Shown here one piece after another: positions 14,361-27,954 of a DNA stretch of 64,000 nt (position 1 is its first letter; the number at the start of each line of letters is the position of its first letter). This stretch comes from Eledone cirrhosa. Taxonomy: Eukaryota. The notes beneath the pieces are model-generated. The model saw only the letters and a program-made list of their open reading frames with translations, ran no database searches and had not been told where the DNA came from. The position numbers were made by a program, and so were the translations under genes. Location of the stretch: assembly GCA_964016885.1 (NCBI GenBank), contig OZ024754.1:41230001-41294000 (forward strand), given 5' to 3'.

Positions 14361-14427
14361 CTCTGTCTGATGACCGATCCAGACGTATATTATTATTGTC
14401 TGGGACCAGAAACCTTTGGTAATGGAG
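14361..14427 (+). ncRNA. Minimal type-I hammerhead ribozyme (right arm of fold-back)
   Basis: Stem I CUCUGU/AUGGAG; CUGAUGA; stem II UCCAGAC/GUCUGGG with a mismatched base; GAA-ACC-UUU-GGU-A, giving a GUA site at 14421. Confidence 0.68.
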
Positions 14428-14544
14428 TAGTTATATTTTGTGTTGTTCACTTTCTAATTATATATATATATATATATATACTCTCTCTCTATATATATAT
14501 ATATACAGTATATACAGTATCTATACATTATATATGATGTTGTC

Positions 14545-14730
14545 CAAGGGAAAGGCAATGGCCGATACAACTTGGCACCAGTGACGTCGCAACTCATTTC
14601 TACAGCTGAGTGAACAGGAACAACATGAAATAAAGTGTCTTGCTGAAGGACACAACACACCACCGGGTCCGAGAAACAAAACTCACAACCTCTTAATTGC
14701 AAGCCCAACACTCTAACCACCAAGCCATGG
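14545..14730 (-). mobile_element. SINE family B
   Basis: Same head and CORE-like segment, different tail. Confidence 0.75.
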
Positions 14731-14864
14731 ATCTTGTATATCAATATCAGCTTACTACGCTACACATGTGAGACTATTGTATTCATAATGTGACAAAGAA
14801 AATTAACACACACACACACACAAAAAAAAAACTTATGAAGAAGAACAGATAAGATTGTACGTAC

Positions 14865-15128
14865 ATTCAGCTCCTCGTTTGTAATATTCAGGGCCCCAAC
14901 GCAGTGATTCGGAAACTTTCCTATCCTTCTTGAAAACCATCCATGGTCTCTCTACAAGATACTTCATCTTCTGAAAATAGATTTCATCATCCATGCGTAC
15001 AAACTCAATAGCTTCCTTGCATATGTTCGTAGTGTGCATCTGAAGTATTTTCAACCGGCTGAGCAGTGAAGGAGAAATATGATTCAGTTGGCCATTGTCC
15101 CGTTCAGACATTATCAACAACAGCTGAC
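14865..15128 (-). CDS. C16orf89: Internal coding exon of a UPF0764/C16orf89-like (DUF4735) protein
   Basis: Acceptor ttttgtgtttacag|GT and donor GAAT|gtacgt; 264 nt, phase 1-1, open frame GQLLLIMSERDNG...MDDEIYFQKMKYLVERPW...RGAE. Splices in phase to the 1802-1630 exon (T+TG = Leu). Family recognised from memory of human C16orf89 (QL...SDPKYL...FW region). Confidence 0.82.
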
Positions 15129-15304
15129 CTGTAAACACAAAAGAAAAAGAAAAAAGATTTGTAATTAAGAGAAACTTAGAACTTGTCTCAATTTTCTAAT
15201 TGAATCAATCATATTAGACCACAACTTCAAAATACTTCCAAGTTATAAAGTGAAACTTTTGATAAACTATAATATATTCTTGCTTCTGGTAAGATAAGCA
15301 GATT

Positions 15305-15452
15305 GTTGGAGGGGATGTGTCCGAGGACGTTGGAGGAGATGTGTCCGAGGACGTTGGAGGAGATGTGTCCGAGGACGTTGCAGGGGATGTGTCCGAGGAC
15401 GTTGGAGGAGATGTGTCCGAGGACGTTGCAGGGGATGTGTCCGAGGACGTTG
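15305..15452. repeat. 24-bp minisatellite (~6 units)
   Basis: GTTGGAGGAGATGTGTCCGAGGAC. Confidence 0.9.
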
Positions 15453-15944
15453 CTCCCATTATCCTTTCAGGTATAAGTGGGTGAAGAAGAAGACAATGAA
15501 GAAGGATGAGGAGGAGGAGAGGGGATGAATGAGGAGGAGGAGAGGGGATGAAGGAGAGGAGGAGGAGAAGGGATGAAGGAGAGGATGGAGAGGGGGTGAA
15601 GGGGAGGGGAGAAGGGGTGAAGGGCGGAGAATGGGGAGGGGGTGAAGGGAGGAGAGGGGGGAGGGGTGAAGGGGAGAAGACAGAAGAAGAAAAGAAAAAG
15701 AAGACAAGAAGAAAAAGAAGAAAAGAATAATAATAGTAATAATAATAATAAGAAGAAGAAGAAAAGAGGAAGAATATTCTTTTATTGGTTCCAATCATTA
15801 GACTGTGGCCATGCTGGGGCACCACTTTCACATTATGATTGTAAGTCCAACACCCTCACCACTGGGCCACAACTCCACTTACACTATAGAAGTAGATAAA
15901 TAAATAATAGGCTTGATTTATGATAATGACAATGATGGTAGCAG

Positions 15945-16400
15945 TGGTGGTGGTGGCAGGGAGGATATGGTGGTGGTGGTAGTGGTGGTGGTGGTGAGGG
16001 GGTGGTAGTGGTAGTGGTGGTGAGGGTATGGTGGTGGTAGTGGTGGTGGTGGTGGTGGTGAGGGTATGGTGGTGGTGGTAGTGGTGGTGGTGGTGGTGAG
16101 GGTATGGTGGTGGTAGTGGTGGTGGTGGTGGTGGTGAGGGTATGGTGGTGGTAGTGGTAATGGTGGTGAGGATATGGTGGTGAGAAGGATATGGTGGTGG
16201 TGGTGGTGGTAGTGGTGGTGGTGGTGAGGGTATGGTGGTGGTGGTAGTGGTGAGGGTATGGTGGTGGTAGTGGTAATGGTGGTGAGGATATGGTGGTGAG
16301 GTGGTGGTGGTGAGGGTATGGTGGTGGCAGTGGTGGTAGTGGTGGTGGTGGTGGTGTTGATGGTGGTGGTGGTGAGGATATGATGATGATGATGATGAGG
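15945..16400. repeat. (GGT)n-derived repeat, preceded by a polypurine tract (15480-15770)
   Basis: Read directly from the sequence. Confidence 0.95.
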
Positions 16401-16731
16401 AGGCGGAGGAGGATAAGGAAGCAGAGGAAAATAACAGGACTTTCTAATCAAGATGAAAAAAAAAAATAGTAAATCCTGAAGACAAAAGAAAATAAATAAA
16501 TAAAGCTGTAAATTGTTCATTTAAAATTATATTAGGTAAAAAAAAAATATATATTAAATAAACAAATATTTAATGACCGCAGGTATTAGTGAAATTACTG
16601 CCGTCTGGTTTGGTGGGTTTGGTTGGTTTGGTTGGTTTGGTGGGTTTGGTTGGTTTGGTTGGTTTGGTTGGTATTACTTCTACAATAGACAGATTCTGCA
16701 GCTAATTTAATACTAAATTCATAGAGAGATG

Positions 16732-16991
16732 CCAATATCAAACTTAGACTATTATAACTTCCTCCCCACCATATAGTTGTACCAATACCAAACTTAGTTG
16801 ACTATTAAACCCCTCCTCTCCCTCCACCACCATATAGTGGTACCAATACCAAACTTAGTTGACTATTAAACCCCTCCTCTCCCTCCACCACCATATAGTT
16901 GTACCAATACCAAACTTAGTTGACTATTAAACCCCTCCTCTCCCTCCACCACCATATAGTGGTACCAATACCAAACTTAGTTGACTATTAA
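16732..16991. repeat. 61-bp tandem repeat (~4 units)
   Basis: ATACCAAACTTAGTTGACTATTAAACCCCTCCTCTCCCTCCACCACCATATAG... Confidence 0.9.
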
Positions 16992-17776
16992 CTGCCAACA
17001 CAACACAACCATAACTACAAATATCAGTACAACCATAACAACAATAACAACGACAGCAGTAACTACAGTAACAACAACAGTAACAACACCAGTAACTACA
17101 GTAACAACAACAACAGTAACAACACCAGTAACTACAGTAACAACAACAACAGTAACAACGACAGCAGTAACTACAGTAACAACGACAGCAGTAACTACAG
17201 TAACAACAACAACAACAACAGTAACAACACCACCAGTAGCAACAACAACAACAACAAAACTAAATGAAACGAAAATTCATTTCTGTTTTGTTTTTATTCC
17301 GTTAATTGTTGACTATAAATGACATTGAAGGAAGTTAATGAAAGTGTTTCAAACTAAACTTTATAGATGTCACATTTCTACATAAACCTAACAAGTTGAC
17401 CAGTGATAATGTTGGAATCAGTCACAGTTGGAATTATTTATTCATATCTTTGAAATGTGGAGTTAATTAAGCACCAGACTGACCTTTCAGATTCACTCTT
17501 CATCTAAAACATAAAATATTATTCTTTCAATACTGTCACCAATAACTATGAATTTTTAAACAAAATCTTAATTAAATGAAACTCTAAGAAGAATTGATAC
17601 ACCATCAAATTTCCACAGGTAGACTATTTCAGCCATCACACCTGTCATATTTGATTAAATTAAAATGAATCTCTCAACCCACTCTTTTCTGACAAACTTC
17701 AATATCTGGCATATTGTATGTTATGTCAGCTTCTTTTAACTTTGATAAAAATGTATCATTATTAACCTGCAAAAAG

Positions 17777-17960
17777 GGCGGTGGATTGGCAGTATCGGTA
17801 GAGGGTCGGACGCCATGCTTTGCAGCATAGTTACGTCCCTTTACGATCTGAGTTCAAATCCCGCCGAGGTTGACTTTGCCTTTCATCCTTACGGGGTCGA
17901 TAAAATAAAGTACCAGTAATGCACTGGGTAATTGCTGGCCTTGTGCCAAAGGTAGAAACA
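17777..17960 (+). mobile_element. Full-length SINE family A with 15-bp TSD
   Basis: Flanked by ATTATTAACCTGCAA at 17758-17772 and 17961-17975. Confidence 0.9.
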
Positions 17961-18175
17961 ATTATTAACCTGCAATTTCCAACATTTATGTCTAATCATT
18001 CTGATCTTAGAAATTATACGAAACTTTTAACATTCCGTAATGATTTGGCAGAAAATATCTAAAAAACAAATTTGTTAACTCAAAATTCTGCAGCAACTTT
18101 TACTAATGGACAGATTGTTTTGAAAATGTTCAGTAAAATAAGATAAAGATTTTAAATTTCATTGTCATGTGGTTA

Positions 18176-18340
18176 TAATTGTTTCTAATTTTGGCACAAG
18201 GCCAGCAATTATCCCAGTGTATTACTGGTACTTTATTTTATTGACCCCATAAGGATGAAAGGCAAAGTTAACCTCAGTGGGATTTGAACTCAGACCATAA
18301 AGGGCCGTAATTCTTTGCTGCAAAGCATGGCGTCCGACCC
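18176..18340 (-). mobile_element. SINE family A (inverted relative to the 17777 copy)
   Basis: Reverse-complement match to 17777-17960; an older copy follows at ~18480-18600. Confidence 0.85.
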
Positions 18341-19671
18341 TTTATAATGCTATTTTGTATTTTTCAATAATTATCTTGCTAATGTGGTTTCGTATGGTTT
18401 GTTAAATCAAATGTTTATAATACTTTTTTTATTTTAAATTATTAGACAACTTCTGGTGGGGTTGTTGGGATACTGTTATGAAAGGATGAAAAGTAAAGTT
18501 GACCTCAGTGGGATTTGAACTCAGAGAGCACAAAGAGAGCCAGAACAAATACCACAAAGCATTCAATCTGAAGTTCTAATGACTCTGCCAATTTGCTGCC
18601 ATTTTAATTCTAAATAGGAACCCTTTAAAATAAATGGCTTTGTTTCATAGAACCAGATCAACAAGAATTGTTACATGCAAAACATTAGCATTCAAAAAAG
18701 CTAGAAATTTATCTTTCATCTTAATGTCAATGAAATTGAGTTAAACAAAGACATTTTTTTTATAAAACCCTTTTTTGTTTTTGCTACCAAGTCTCAGCCT
18801 TACATGTAACATTTTTCATGAGGTTGAGGTTGGTTTGTTTGGCTAGTTTCCTAGCCATTACCTAAAAGTTCTCTTATTAACCCCTACCATTCTAGTTTAC
18901 ATCCTTAGGAAGTTATAGAGAATCAACATTTAACTGCAAGTTTAAGATGAAATTATATAATTTCAAGTAAAACACAATTAGCAAATATTAAATAAACCAA
19001 GATTTCAATAAAACGAAATAAATTGGGAAAAAGTTAAGGAAAGGAGAAAAAAGAAAAGAAAAAAGTTGAGGAACGAAAAAAAGAGTGAAAGAAAAAAGAA
19101 GAAAAGAAAGAAGTTAAGGAAAGAAAATAAAAAAAAATTAAGGAAAGAAAAAAAGATAATAGTTAGGAAAAGAAATGAAAAATAAAATAAAAAATAAAAA
19201 ATTAAATGAATGCATTTTGGTTTGAAATTAATATCATGATCAAGAGGAGCGATAGAAAATAGAAGTGGGGGGGGATTAAGGAAACCAGTTTTTAATGTAG
19301 TACAATTAATCAAGACTAAACTAATTCCTTCCATTTAAAGAGACAGCAAAGATTTTAGTTCAGAATAATTAGAATTGAATAATTATCAGAGAAATTCTTG
19401 GATCATTTTAACTAAAAACTTGATGTCTCTTGTGGCTCTGTCATAGTAAAGATAAAATACAATTCCAGAGTTATAAGAAGGAGAGATGGGTTGGGGGTTT
19501 ATACACACACATATGGCATCCTGTAGTTGTACAGAAGACCCACCTTCCCTTGCATACAAACCTACAGTCAGTAGGCACCTCTTAACCCAATGTACACCCC
19601 ACCCTACACATCCTACCCCATCCACCCATTTCCATTCACTGTGTTGGTGACACAACAAAAAGTACTCAGTC

Positions 19672-20440
19672 CACACTGTAAAGTGGTCATGTAGGAGACA
19701 GTAAAAAGGCTCCCAGTCCACACTGTAAAGTGGTCGTGTAGAAGACACAGTAAAAAGGCTCCCAGTCTATGCTGTAAAGAAGTCGTGTAGGAGACACAGT
19801 AGAAAGGCACCCAGTCCACACTGTAAGGTGATCGTGTAGGAGACACAGTAAAAAGGCTCCCAGTCCACAGTAAAAAGGCTCCCAGTCCACACTGTAAGGT
19901 GATCGTGTAGGAGACACAGTAAAAAGGCTCCCAGTCCACACTGTAAAGTGGTCGTGTAGAAGACATGGTAAAAAGGCTCCCAGTCCACACTGTAAAGTGG
20001 TCGTGTAGAAGACATGGTAAAAAGGCTCCCAGTCCACACTGTAAAGTGGTCGTGTAGAAGACATGGTAAAAAGGCTCCCAGTCCACACTGTAAAGTGGTC
20101 GTGTAGAAGACATGGTAAAAAGGCTCCCAGTCCACACTGTAAAGTGGTCGTGTAGAAGACATGGTAAAAAGGCTCCCAGTCCACACTGTAAAGTGGTCGT
20201 GTAGAAGACATGGTAAAAAGGCTCCCAGTCCACACTGTAAAGTGGTCGTGTAGAAGACATGGTAAAAAGGCTCCCAGTCCACACTGTAAAGTGGTCGTGT
20301 AGAAGACATGGTAAAAAGGCTCCCAGTCCACACTGTAAAGTGGTCGTGTAGAAGACATGGTAAAAAGGCTCCCAGTCCACACTGTAAAGTGGTCGTGTAG
20401 AAGACATGGTAAAAAGGCTCCCAGTCCACACTGTAAAGTG
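19672..20440. repeat. 49-bp minisatellite (~16 units) inside a family-C element
   Basis: Unit CACACTGTAAAGTGGTCGTGTAGAAGACATGGTAAAAAGGCTCCCAGTC; both flanks are family-C sequence. Confidence 0.95.
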
Positions 20441-20554
20441 GTTGATGTTAGGAAGGGCATCTAGCCATAGAAAACCTGCCAGAGACATGGTCTCCCGACC
20501 AATCCCGCATCAATGGAACAAAACTGCCTAACCCATGCAAGCGTGGAAGATGAT

Positions 20555-20590
20555 CTGAGGATCCGAATAAGGTGAAACATTTGTTCTCGG
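20555..20590 (+). ncRNA. 5'-truncated hammerhead core
   Basis: CUGAGGA-UCC-gaauaa-GGU-GAAACAUUUGUU; the 5' strand of stem I is replaced by an adjacent SINE tail; same CUGAGGAU...UGAAAC pattern as at 47308. Confidence 0.45.
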
Positions 20591-20752
20591 TATGGTGAAT
20601 TAACTGTTGTGATACCACTTCTACCTAACTCGTCCCATGGACTGAGTGCTCTACCACTACGGGTATTACCTTCCAGTGTTCTACTATTATATATAGATAT
20701 CTATATATACACACACACAGACATATATATATACACACACACACACACAGAC

Positions 20753-20785
<33 letters not shown>

Positions 20786-21237
20786 GACATATATATATAT
20801 ATATACACACACAGACATATATATATATATACACACACACAGACATATATATATATACACACACACACACAGACATATATATATATATACACACACAGAC
20901 ATATATATATACACACACACACAGACATATATATATATACACATACACACACAGACATACATATATACACACACACACACATATATACATTCGAGGTCCT
21001 GACTCTTTATAATATATATACATATATACATATATATACATATATACATATACATATACACACATATATACATATATATATACACACATATATACATATA
21101 TATATATACACACATATATATATACACATATATATATACACACACATATATATATATATACACATATATATACACATATATATATATACACATATATATA
21201 TATATACATATATATATACACATATATATATATACAC

Positions 21238-21270
<33 letters not shown>

Positions 21271-21277
21271 TATATAT

Positions 21278-21316
<39 letters not shown>

Positions 21317-23014
21317 TATATATATATACACATATATATATATATATACACACATATATATATATATATACACATATATATATATATATACACACATATA
21401 TATATATATATACACACACATATATATATATACACACACATATATATATACACACACATATATATATATACACACACATATATATATATACACACATATA
21501 TATATATACACGCACATATATATATATACACACATATATATATATACACACATATATATATATACACACATATACATACACATATATATATACACACATA
21601 TACATACACATATATATATACACACATATACATACACATATATATATACACACATATACATACATGTATATATATATATACACATATATATGTGTATATA
21701 TATATACACATATATATATGTATATATATATATACACACACACACATATATAAATATATATATATATATACATACATATATGAAGAAAGATTGCTTGAGT
21801 TAATGAATTCAAAAATCTTAGGACATATATTTGGATTCGGTCATTACTTTATCAGCCAAGTGCTAATGATTTTACAATAGCTTCTATTTCTTTTAGCAAA
21901 TCTCAAGATTTTCATGAGAGATTCTTATTGATTTGGATGCAAAACGGTAAAAACAAAAACAAAAACAAAACTAAGAAACAACCAAACAACAACAACAACA
22001 ACAACCAATAAAACAAAAGAAAAAAAACCGAAACAAAATGAAAAGCGAAAAGCTGAGAAAAATGGATGGTTTATCAATAATAACGATGTAGAAGTTAATT
22101 ATTTTGTATTGAGTTCTTGAGGCAATTTCTTGACTGAATAATGTTAGGAAAGAAGACAGTGTTCTTCTTCCTGATCAAACAATATAGAAAATAGAATATA
22201 TAGCTAGCATCATCATCATCAGTGTCAGTAGCATTATTGTCATCATCATCATCACCATCACCATAACCACCATCATCATCATTATAACCGCCATCATCAC
22301 CATCATTATAACTACCATCACCACCATCACCATCATTATAACCACCATCATCATCATCATTATAATCACAGTCATTGTTATTAGTAATCTCCACCAGTTT
22401 GTACTGTTTAACTCTAATACCGTTTAATGTCAGGTAAGCTAAACTCTGTCAATAAACCCTTTTTCCTTCATTTCTTCTCTCAAAGTATTCCCCCCCCCCC
22501 TCTCTACCAAACACCAATCAACATTATAGATTTTATGAACTTATTCCTCCCTTCAGTTATAGATGTTGATATATAATTGGAATAAGAAGATATATTCCAT
22601 TACTTTATTGTGTCAAAATACAGGGCAAAATTGAGAATAATTTCCTCTAGAAGTTTCAATAATTAAAATAGTTTTTTCTCCACTAGGTATAACTCAATTC
22701 CTTAATTATATGCATGTCTCCTAATTTATGTCAAATTAATCTAAAAATGCTATAAAAGGATAAAAATGTAAAACTCCCCGAGGAAAGGCAAGCAAGCAAT
22801 ATCTATTAATTTATTTTTAATTATTTTACATTCATATGGTAGCAGAGACGGAACAATGGTAGCGAGGAAAACATGAATTTGCCTAGAATTTAGTTCATTG
22901 CCCCAGAATTTGGTTATATCTCTCTCTCTCATATATATATATATATAGAGAGAGAGAGAGCGAGAGAGAGAGCGAGAGAGAGCGAGCGAGCGAGAGGGAG
23001 AGAGAGAGAGAGAG

Positions 23015-23306
23015 AGGCACATGGCTTAGAGCATTGGCCTTGCAATCGAAAGGTTGTGAGTTCAATTCTCAGACCGGGTGATGTGTTGTTTCCTTGAGCA
23101 AGACACTTTATTTCATATTGCTCCAGTTTACTCAGCTGTAGAAATGAGATGCAAAGTGGTCATGGAGGGGCCACGGCAAAAAAGCACCCAGCCCACACTG
23201 TAAATTAGGAAGGGCATCCAGCTGTAGAAATCAAGCCAGAATCAGTTCCCGTCCCACCCTTGCAAGCAGGGAAAAGCGAATGTAAAATGATGATGATGAT
23301 GATGAT
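23015..23306 (+). mobile_element. tRNA-derived SINE family B (CORE-like) with RTE tail
   Basis: tRNA-like head, TCCTTGAGCAAGACACTT (resembles the MIR/CORE domain), 3' end shared with the RTE fragment at 35567, (GAT)n tail. Confidence 0.82.
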
Positions 23307-24391
23307 GTATATATATCATCATATATCTCTATACACCCACTCTACATTTCCCCATGTATTGAGTACTCACATGGTTGGTGGTCTCCTCGGTCTCAGCACT
23401 GCAGTCTCTCTCTCTCTCTCAATATATATAAGTCTTGGTTCAATTGGGTGTAACCACAGTAAGTAAGGTACTCAATACATTAGTAGAGTGTAAACATGAA
23501 TTTTAATATAGAAATGGCTTCTACATTTCAATATTAAACTTGATATATATTGTGTGTGTATATATATATATATATAACAAAGGGGGTGTGGTAAGATACC
23601 ATAACGCACCAGAGTATTCAATACTTAGGGTAGTAGAGTGGGTAGTAGGGAAAGAGTCAGGACCCCGACAGCTGAGCTCTGGCCATTTCGATAGCTAGTC
23701 CCATACACACAATTATTTACTTACTTCCCACATAGGTAGAACAAATATATTCAAAACAAAATACACCCCTGTCCCACTACCCCCACCCCATCCAGACCAC
23801 TCCTTTCAATGTAAAGTTATGTTGGTACCACAACATCCAGCCCGAAACAAATGAGGTCATGTAGGTGTCACGACAAAAAACACACAGTCCACGCTGTAAT
23901 GTGGCCGTGTAGGTAACACGGTAAAAACCTCCCAGTACACACTGTAAACGTGGTTGATGTTAGGAAGGGCATCCAGCCGTAGAAAACCCGCCAGACAGTC
24001 CTATGCGAGTAAGATAACCACTCTTGCCTCAAGTGGGAAAACACCCGTCCAAACCCATGCAAGCGTGGAATATGGACGTTAAACAATGATGATGATGATG
24101 ATGATAAAATGCCTCAATGTGTTTGCTTAATGCGAAACCTTGACATCCCAAACCCAGTGATTGCTGCCACACCTACTGTCACCCATCATTTCTTGGAAGT
24201 CCCATATTTAGAACCATTCCAAAAATATGTCCATACAATCCCCATTAGAGATTGGAAGAAATATGCAACTTGTAACCCCCCTTACATTTCGTGTACCCTC
24301 CGGAGTATTCAAGCTGTTACAAGGAAGGATCTTTTTGGGAAGTGTTTCATTCATATTGCGATCCCTATATTATTAATATTATTATGTCTTT

Positions 24392-24915
24392 CGGTGGATT
24401 GGCAGTATCGGTAGAGGGTCGGACGCCATGCGTTCCAGCATAGTTACGTCCCTTTACGATCTGAGTTCAAATCCCGCCGAGGTTGACTTTGCCTTTCATC
24501 CTTACGGGGGTCGATAAAATAAAGTACCAGTAATGCACTGGGGTAATTGCTGGCCTTGTGCCAAAAGTAGAAACAATTATTATGTCTTTGGCAGTATCGG
24601 TAGAGGGTCGGACGCCATGCTTTGACGCATAGAGTTACGGCCCTTGCCATTCTGAGTTCAAATCCTGCCGAGGTTAACTTTGCCTTTCATCCTTACAGGG
24701 TCGATAAAATAAAGTACCAGTAATGCACTGGGGTAATTGCTGGCCTTGTGCCAAAAGTAGAATTGGTGGTGGTGGAGGATGGGTAGTGGTTGTGGCGGGG
24801 GCTTGTAAGAAGAAACATAGAAATAAAGTACCAGTAATGTACTGCGGTCGAGCTAATCGACTTTCCCCTCCCCTTCAAATTGCTGGCCTTGTGCCTAAAG
24901 TAGAAACAATTATTA
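24392..24915 (+). mobile_element. Cluster of SINE family A (two full copies, one partial)
   Basis: Repeated GGCAGTATCGGTAGAGGGTCGGACGCC heads and GGCCTTGTGCC..AGTAGAAAC tails. Confidence 0.85.
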
Positions 24916-25514
24916 GAGATAAAAAAATGCTTTGCTGTATTTGTTTTGGCTCTTTACATAAAATTACGATAGGTTTTCAGATAAATATATAGACTTTAAA
25001 ATATAGAATTTTGTATATTTTGATAGAACCAGGAGTGATTACAGGTAGTTTGGTATTAAAAGGGGTTAATGTGCAGAAAGAAGAGTATGGTAAAGATAAT
25101 AATCCCCTCCCAGAGGAAAAGAATAGTCGGTAAAATGTGAGTCGGAGAAAACTCCATCAATATATGCTGCAATGGAGCAATCTAACAAGAAATCTTTGAT
25201 CTAAAAGATGAGAAATAGAATTAAGTTAGCTAAAATTTTTACTTGCCAGACAGGGTGAAAGGTTTTGTTAAAGTGAACGGCAAGATATCATTGCGGTGTG
25301 ACATAAAAGCAGATTTACAGTAAATCTGGCACCATAGAAACCACAGAATGTTATTTTAAATGGTATTTAGTATAAATGGGAGGAAAACAGACACAAACTT
25401 TGTAAAAACATCTGAAACCCAACCACTTTAATGGGGTTTCTTTTTTTTTTCAATACTTGTTTGAGTTAAAGTTAGTTGATGCACATGTACCATGTCTTAA
25501 AATCATTATATAGA

Positions 25515-25718
25515 TTGGCAGAATTGGTAGAGCATCAGGCATGTTTTGTGGCATAGAGTTATGGCCCTTTATGTTCTGTGTCCAAATCCTGTCATGGTTA
25601 GCTTTGCCTTTCATCCTTACATGGTCAATAAATAAAGTATCAGTAATGTACTGGGGTTGATTTAATCGACTATTCCCTCCCCTTCAAATTGCTGGCCTTG
25701 TGCCTAAATTTGAAACAA

Positions 25719-25756
<38 letters not shown>

Positions 25757-26037
25757 AAGTACCAGTAATACACTGGGATAATCGCTAGCCTTGTGCCAAT
25801 AGTAGAACCAATTATTAAGGCGGTGGATTGGCAGTATCAGTAGAGGGTTGGACGCCATGCTTTGCAGCATAGAGATACGGCCCTTTATGATCTGAATTCA
25901 AATCCCGCCGAGGTTAACTTTGCATTTCATCTTTACGGGGTCGATAAAATAAAGTACCAGTTACACACTGGGGTCGATTTAATTGACTTTCCCCTCCCCC
26001 AAAATTGCTGTCCTTGTGTCTATATAAGAAACCATTA
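25515..26037 (+). mobile_element. Cluster of SINE family A
   Basis: Three consecutive full or partial copies; another partial copy lies at 27219-27330 (-). Confidence 0.8.
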
Positions 26038-26570
26038 GCCTTTTTGCAGGAGTTTTGAAAAGATCAGATTATAAAGTGATTCAGTGAAGGAGAAACATTT
26101 TATTGACTTGTGTATGTTGTAAGGTTTTAACTTAATTCCTAACTTGAAATTTATCATTGATCTAGCTGGAGTTGGTTCCCTATAATATTATATTGATCTT
26201 AAAGTAATCAATATAAAGATTGGTTTTCAAAGTTTTCATTTTTAGACCAAATTCAACAATTCACCACCATCTTAACTATTTCTTTTTGCTTAAAAAAGAG
26301 AAAAAAAAAAACACAGAAAATCCTGTAATGATGGTAGATTTTAAAAAACATCTCTGACCAGCAGTTCAAAATATCAGAAGCCACATTAGCAAAGATGCAA
26401 CTCATATATCATCTATTATTGTGAAATGTTATTTCATTACTGCTGGTTTTCATCAGCATCATCATCGTTTTACATCAATGTTTCCACGCTAGCATGGGTT
26501 AGACAGGTTGTCCTGTTGTGGGCAATGCCAGGTCAGGTGACCATGTCTTGCTCATACGGGAACTGATTTT

Positions 26571-26601
<31 letters not shown>

Positions 26602-27112
26602 CAGTAGTAGTAGTAGTAGTAGTAGTAGTAGCAGCAGTCGTAGTAGCAGTAGCAGTAGCAGTAGTACCAGTAGTAGTAGTAGTAGCAGCAGCAGCAGCAG
26701 TAGTAGTAGTAACAATAGTAGTAGTAGCAGCAGCAGTAGTAGTAGTAGTAGTAGCAGTAGTAGTAGTAGTAGTAGTAGTAATAGTAGTAGCAGCAGTAGT
26801 AGTAGTAACAATAGTAGTAGTAGCAGCAGCAGTAGTAGTAGCAGCAGCAGTAGCAGCAGCAGTAGTAGTAGTAGTAGTAGTAATAGTAGTAGCAGCAGTA
26901 GTAGTAGTAGTAACAATAGTAGTAGTAGCAGCAGCAGTAGTAGTAGCAGCAGCAGTAGCAGCAGCAGTAGTAGTAGTAGTAGTAGTAATAGTAGTAGCAG
27001 CAGTAGTAGTAGTAACAATAGTAGTAGTAGCAGCAGCAGTAGTAGTAACAGCAGCAGTAGCAGCAGCAGTAGTAGTAGTAGTAGTAGTAGTAGTAGCAGT
27101 AGTAGTAGTAAC
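26571..27112. repeat. (GTA/GCA)n microsatellite
   Basis: Read directly from the sequence. Confidence 0.97.
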
Positions 27113-27430
27113 TAGTAGAGATGTGAGAAGACTAACAACATACCAAGACAGTTTAGTACATTAAGCTAATGAAAAATAGTTTTCCAGCTGAAAAGTTCAG
27201 TTAGTAATCTGGGTCACATTAAATCCCGCCGAGGTTAACTTTACCTTTCATCCTTACGAGGTCGATAAAATAAAGTACCAGTAATACACTGGGATAATTG
27301 CTGGCCTTGTGCCAAAAGTAGAAACAATTAATATCAATTAACATATTTTCAGAATTCATTAAATGGAACCATGAAGTTTGAAGATATGAAAAATCATGGT
27401 TCTCAAAAGAAATCTCACGCAAAACAAAAT

Positions 27431-27480
<50 letters not shown>

Positions 27481-27954
27481 TATCATCATCATCATCATCA
27501 CCGTTTTACGTCCGTTCTTCCACGCTAGCATAGGTTAGACGGGTTGTCCCGTTGTGGGCAGTGTCTGGTCGGCTGACCATGCCTTGCTCATACAGGAACT
27601 GATCTGGCTTGATTTCTACAGCTGGATGCCCTTCCTAACACCAACCTCATTTACAGTGAGTGCTGGGTGCTTTTTCGTGGCGCCTACACGTCCACTTTAC
27701 AGTGTGGGCTGGGTGCTTTTTTGCCGTGGCACCTCCACGACCACGGTGGGGGGGGGGGGCATATTGTTTATATGCTTCAGCATGTACCCATGGGAGGTCG
27801 GGTACCCTGTATTACTGCGTGACGCCAGAAGTCACGGTCGTGTGTCATTGACTTTGATATATATATATATATACACACATCTACAGTCGGTAGGCACCTC
27901 TTAACCCAGTATACACTCCAACCCACAACCTCTACTCCATCTTCCCATTTCCAT

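Larger units (their letters stand above)
14188..14460. mobile_element. Putative Penelope-like inverted pLTR remnant (fold-back 14262-14460)
   Basis: ~92-bp near-perfect inverted arms, each carrying a hammerhead; non-repeated sequence continues leftward to ~14188; followed by (TA)n. Confidence 0.6.

Noticed and set aside
17777-17870. tRNA-like A/B boxes
   Set aside because: These are SINE heads that continue into repeat bodies; they do not form a proper cloverleaf.
24109-24414. 101-aa ORF in non-repetitive-looking sequence
   Set aside because: No recognisable motif or clear splice sites, and it runs into a SINE.
26420-26460. Minus-strand CTGATGA...GAAA
   Set aside because: Stem II does not pair, and the CTGATGA comes from a CAT-repeat tail.
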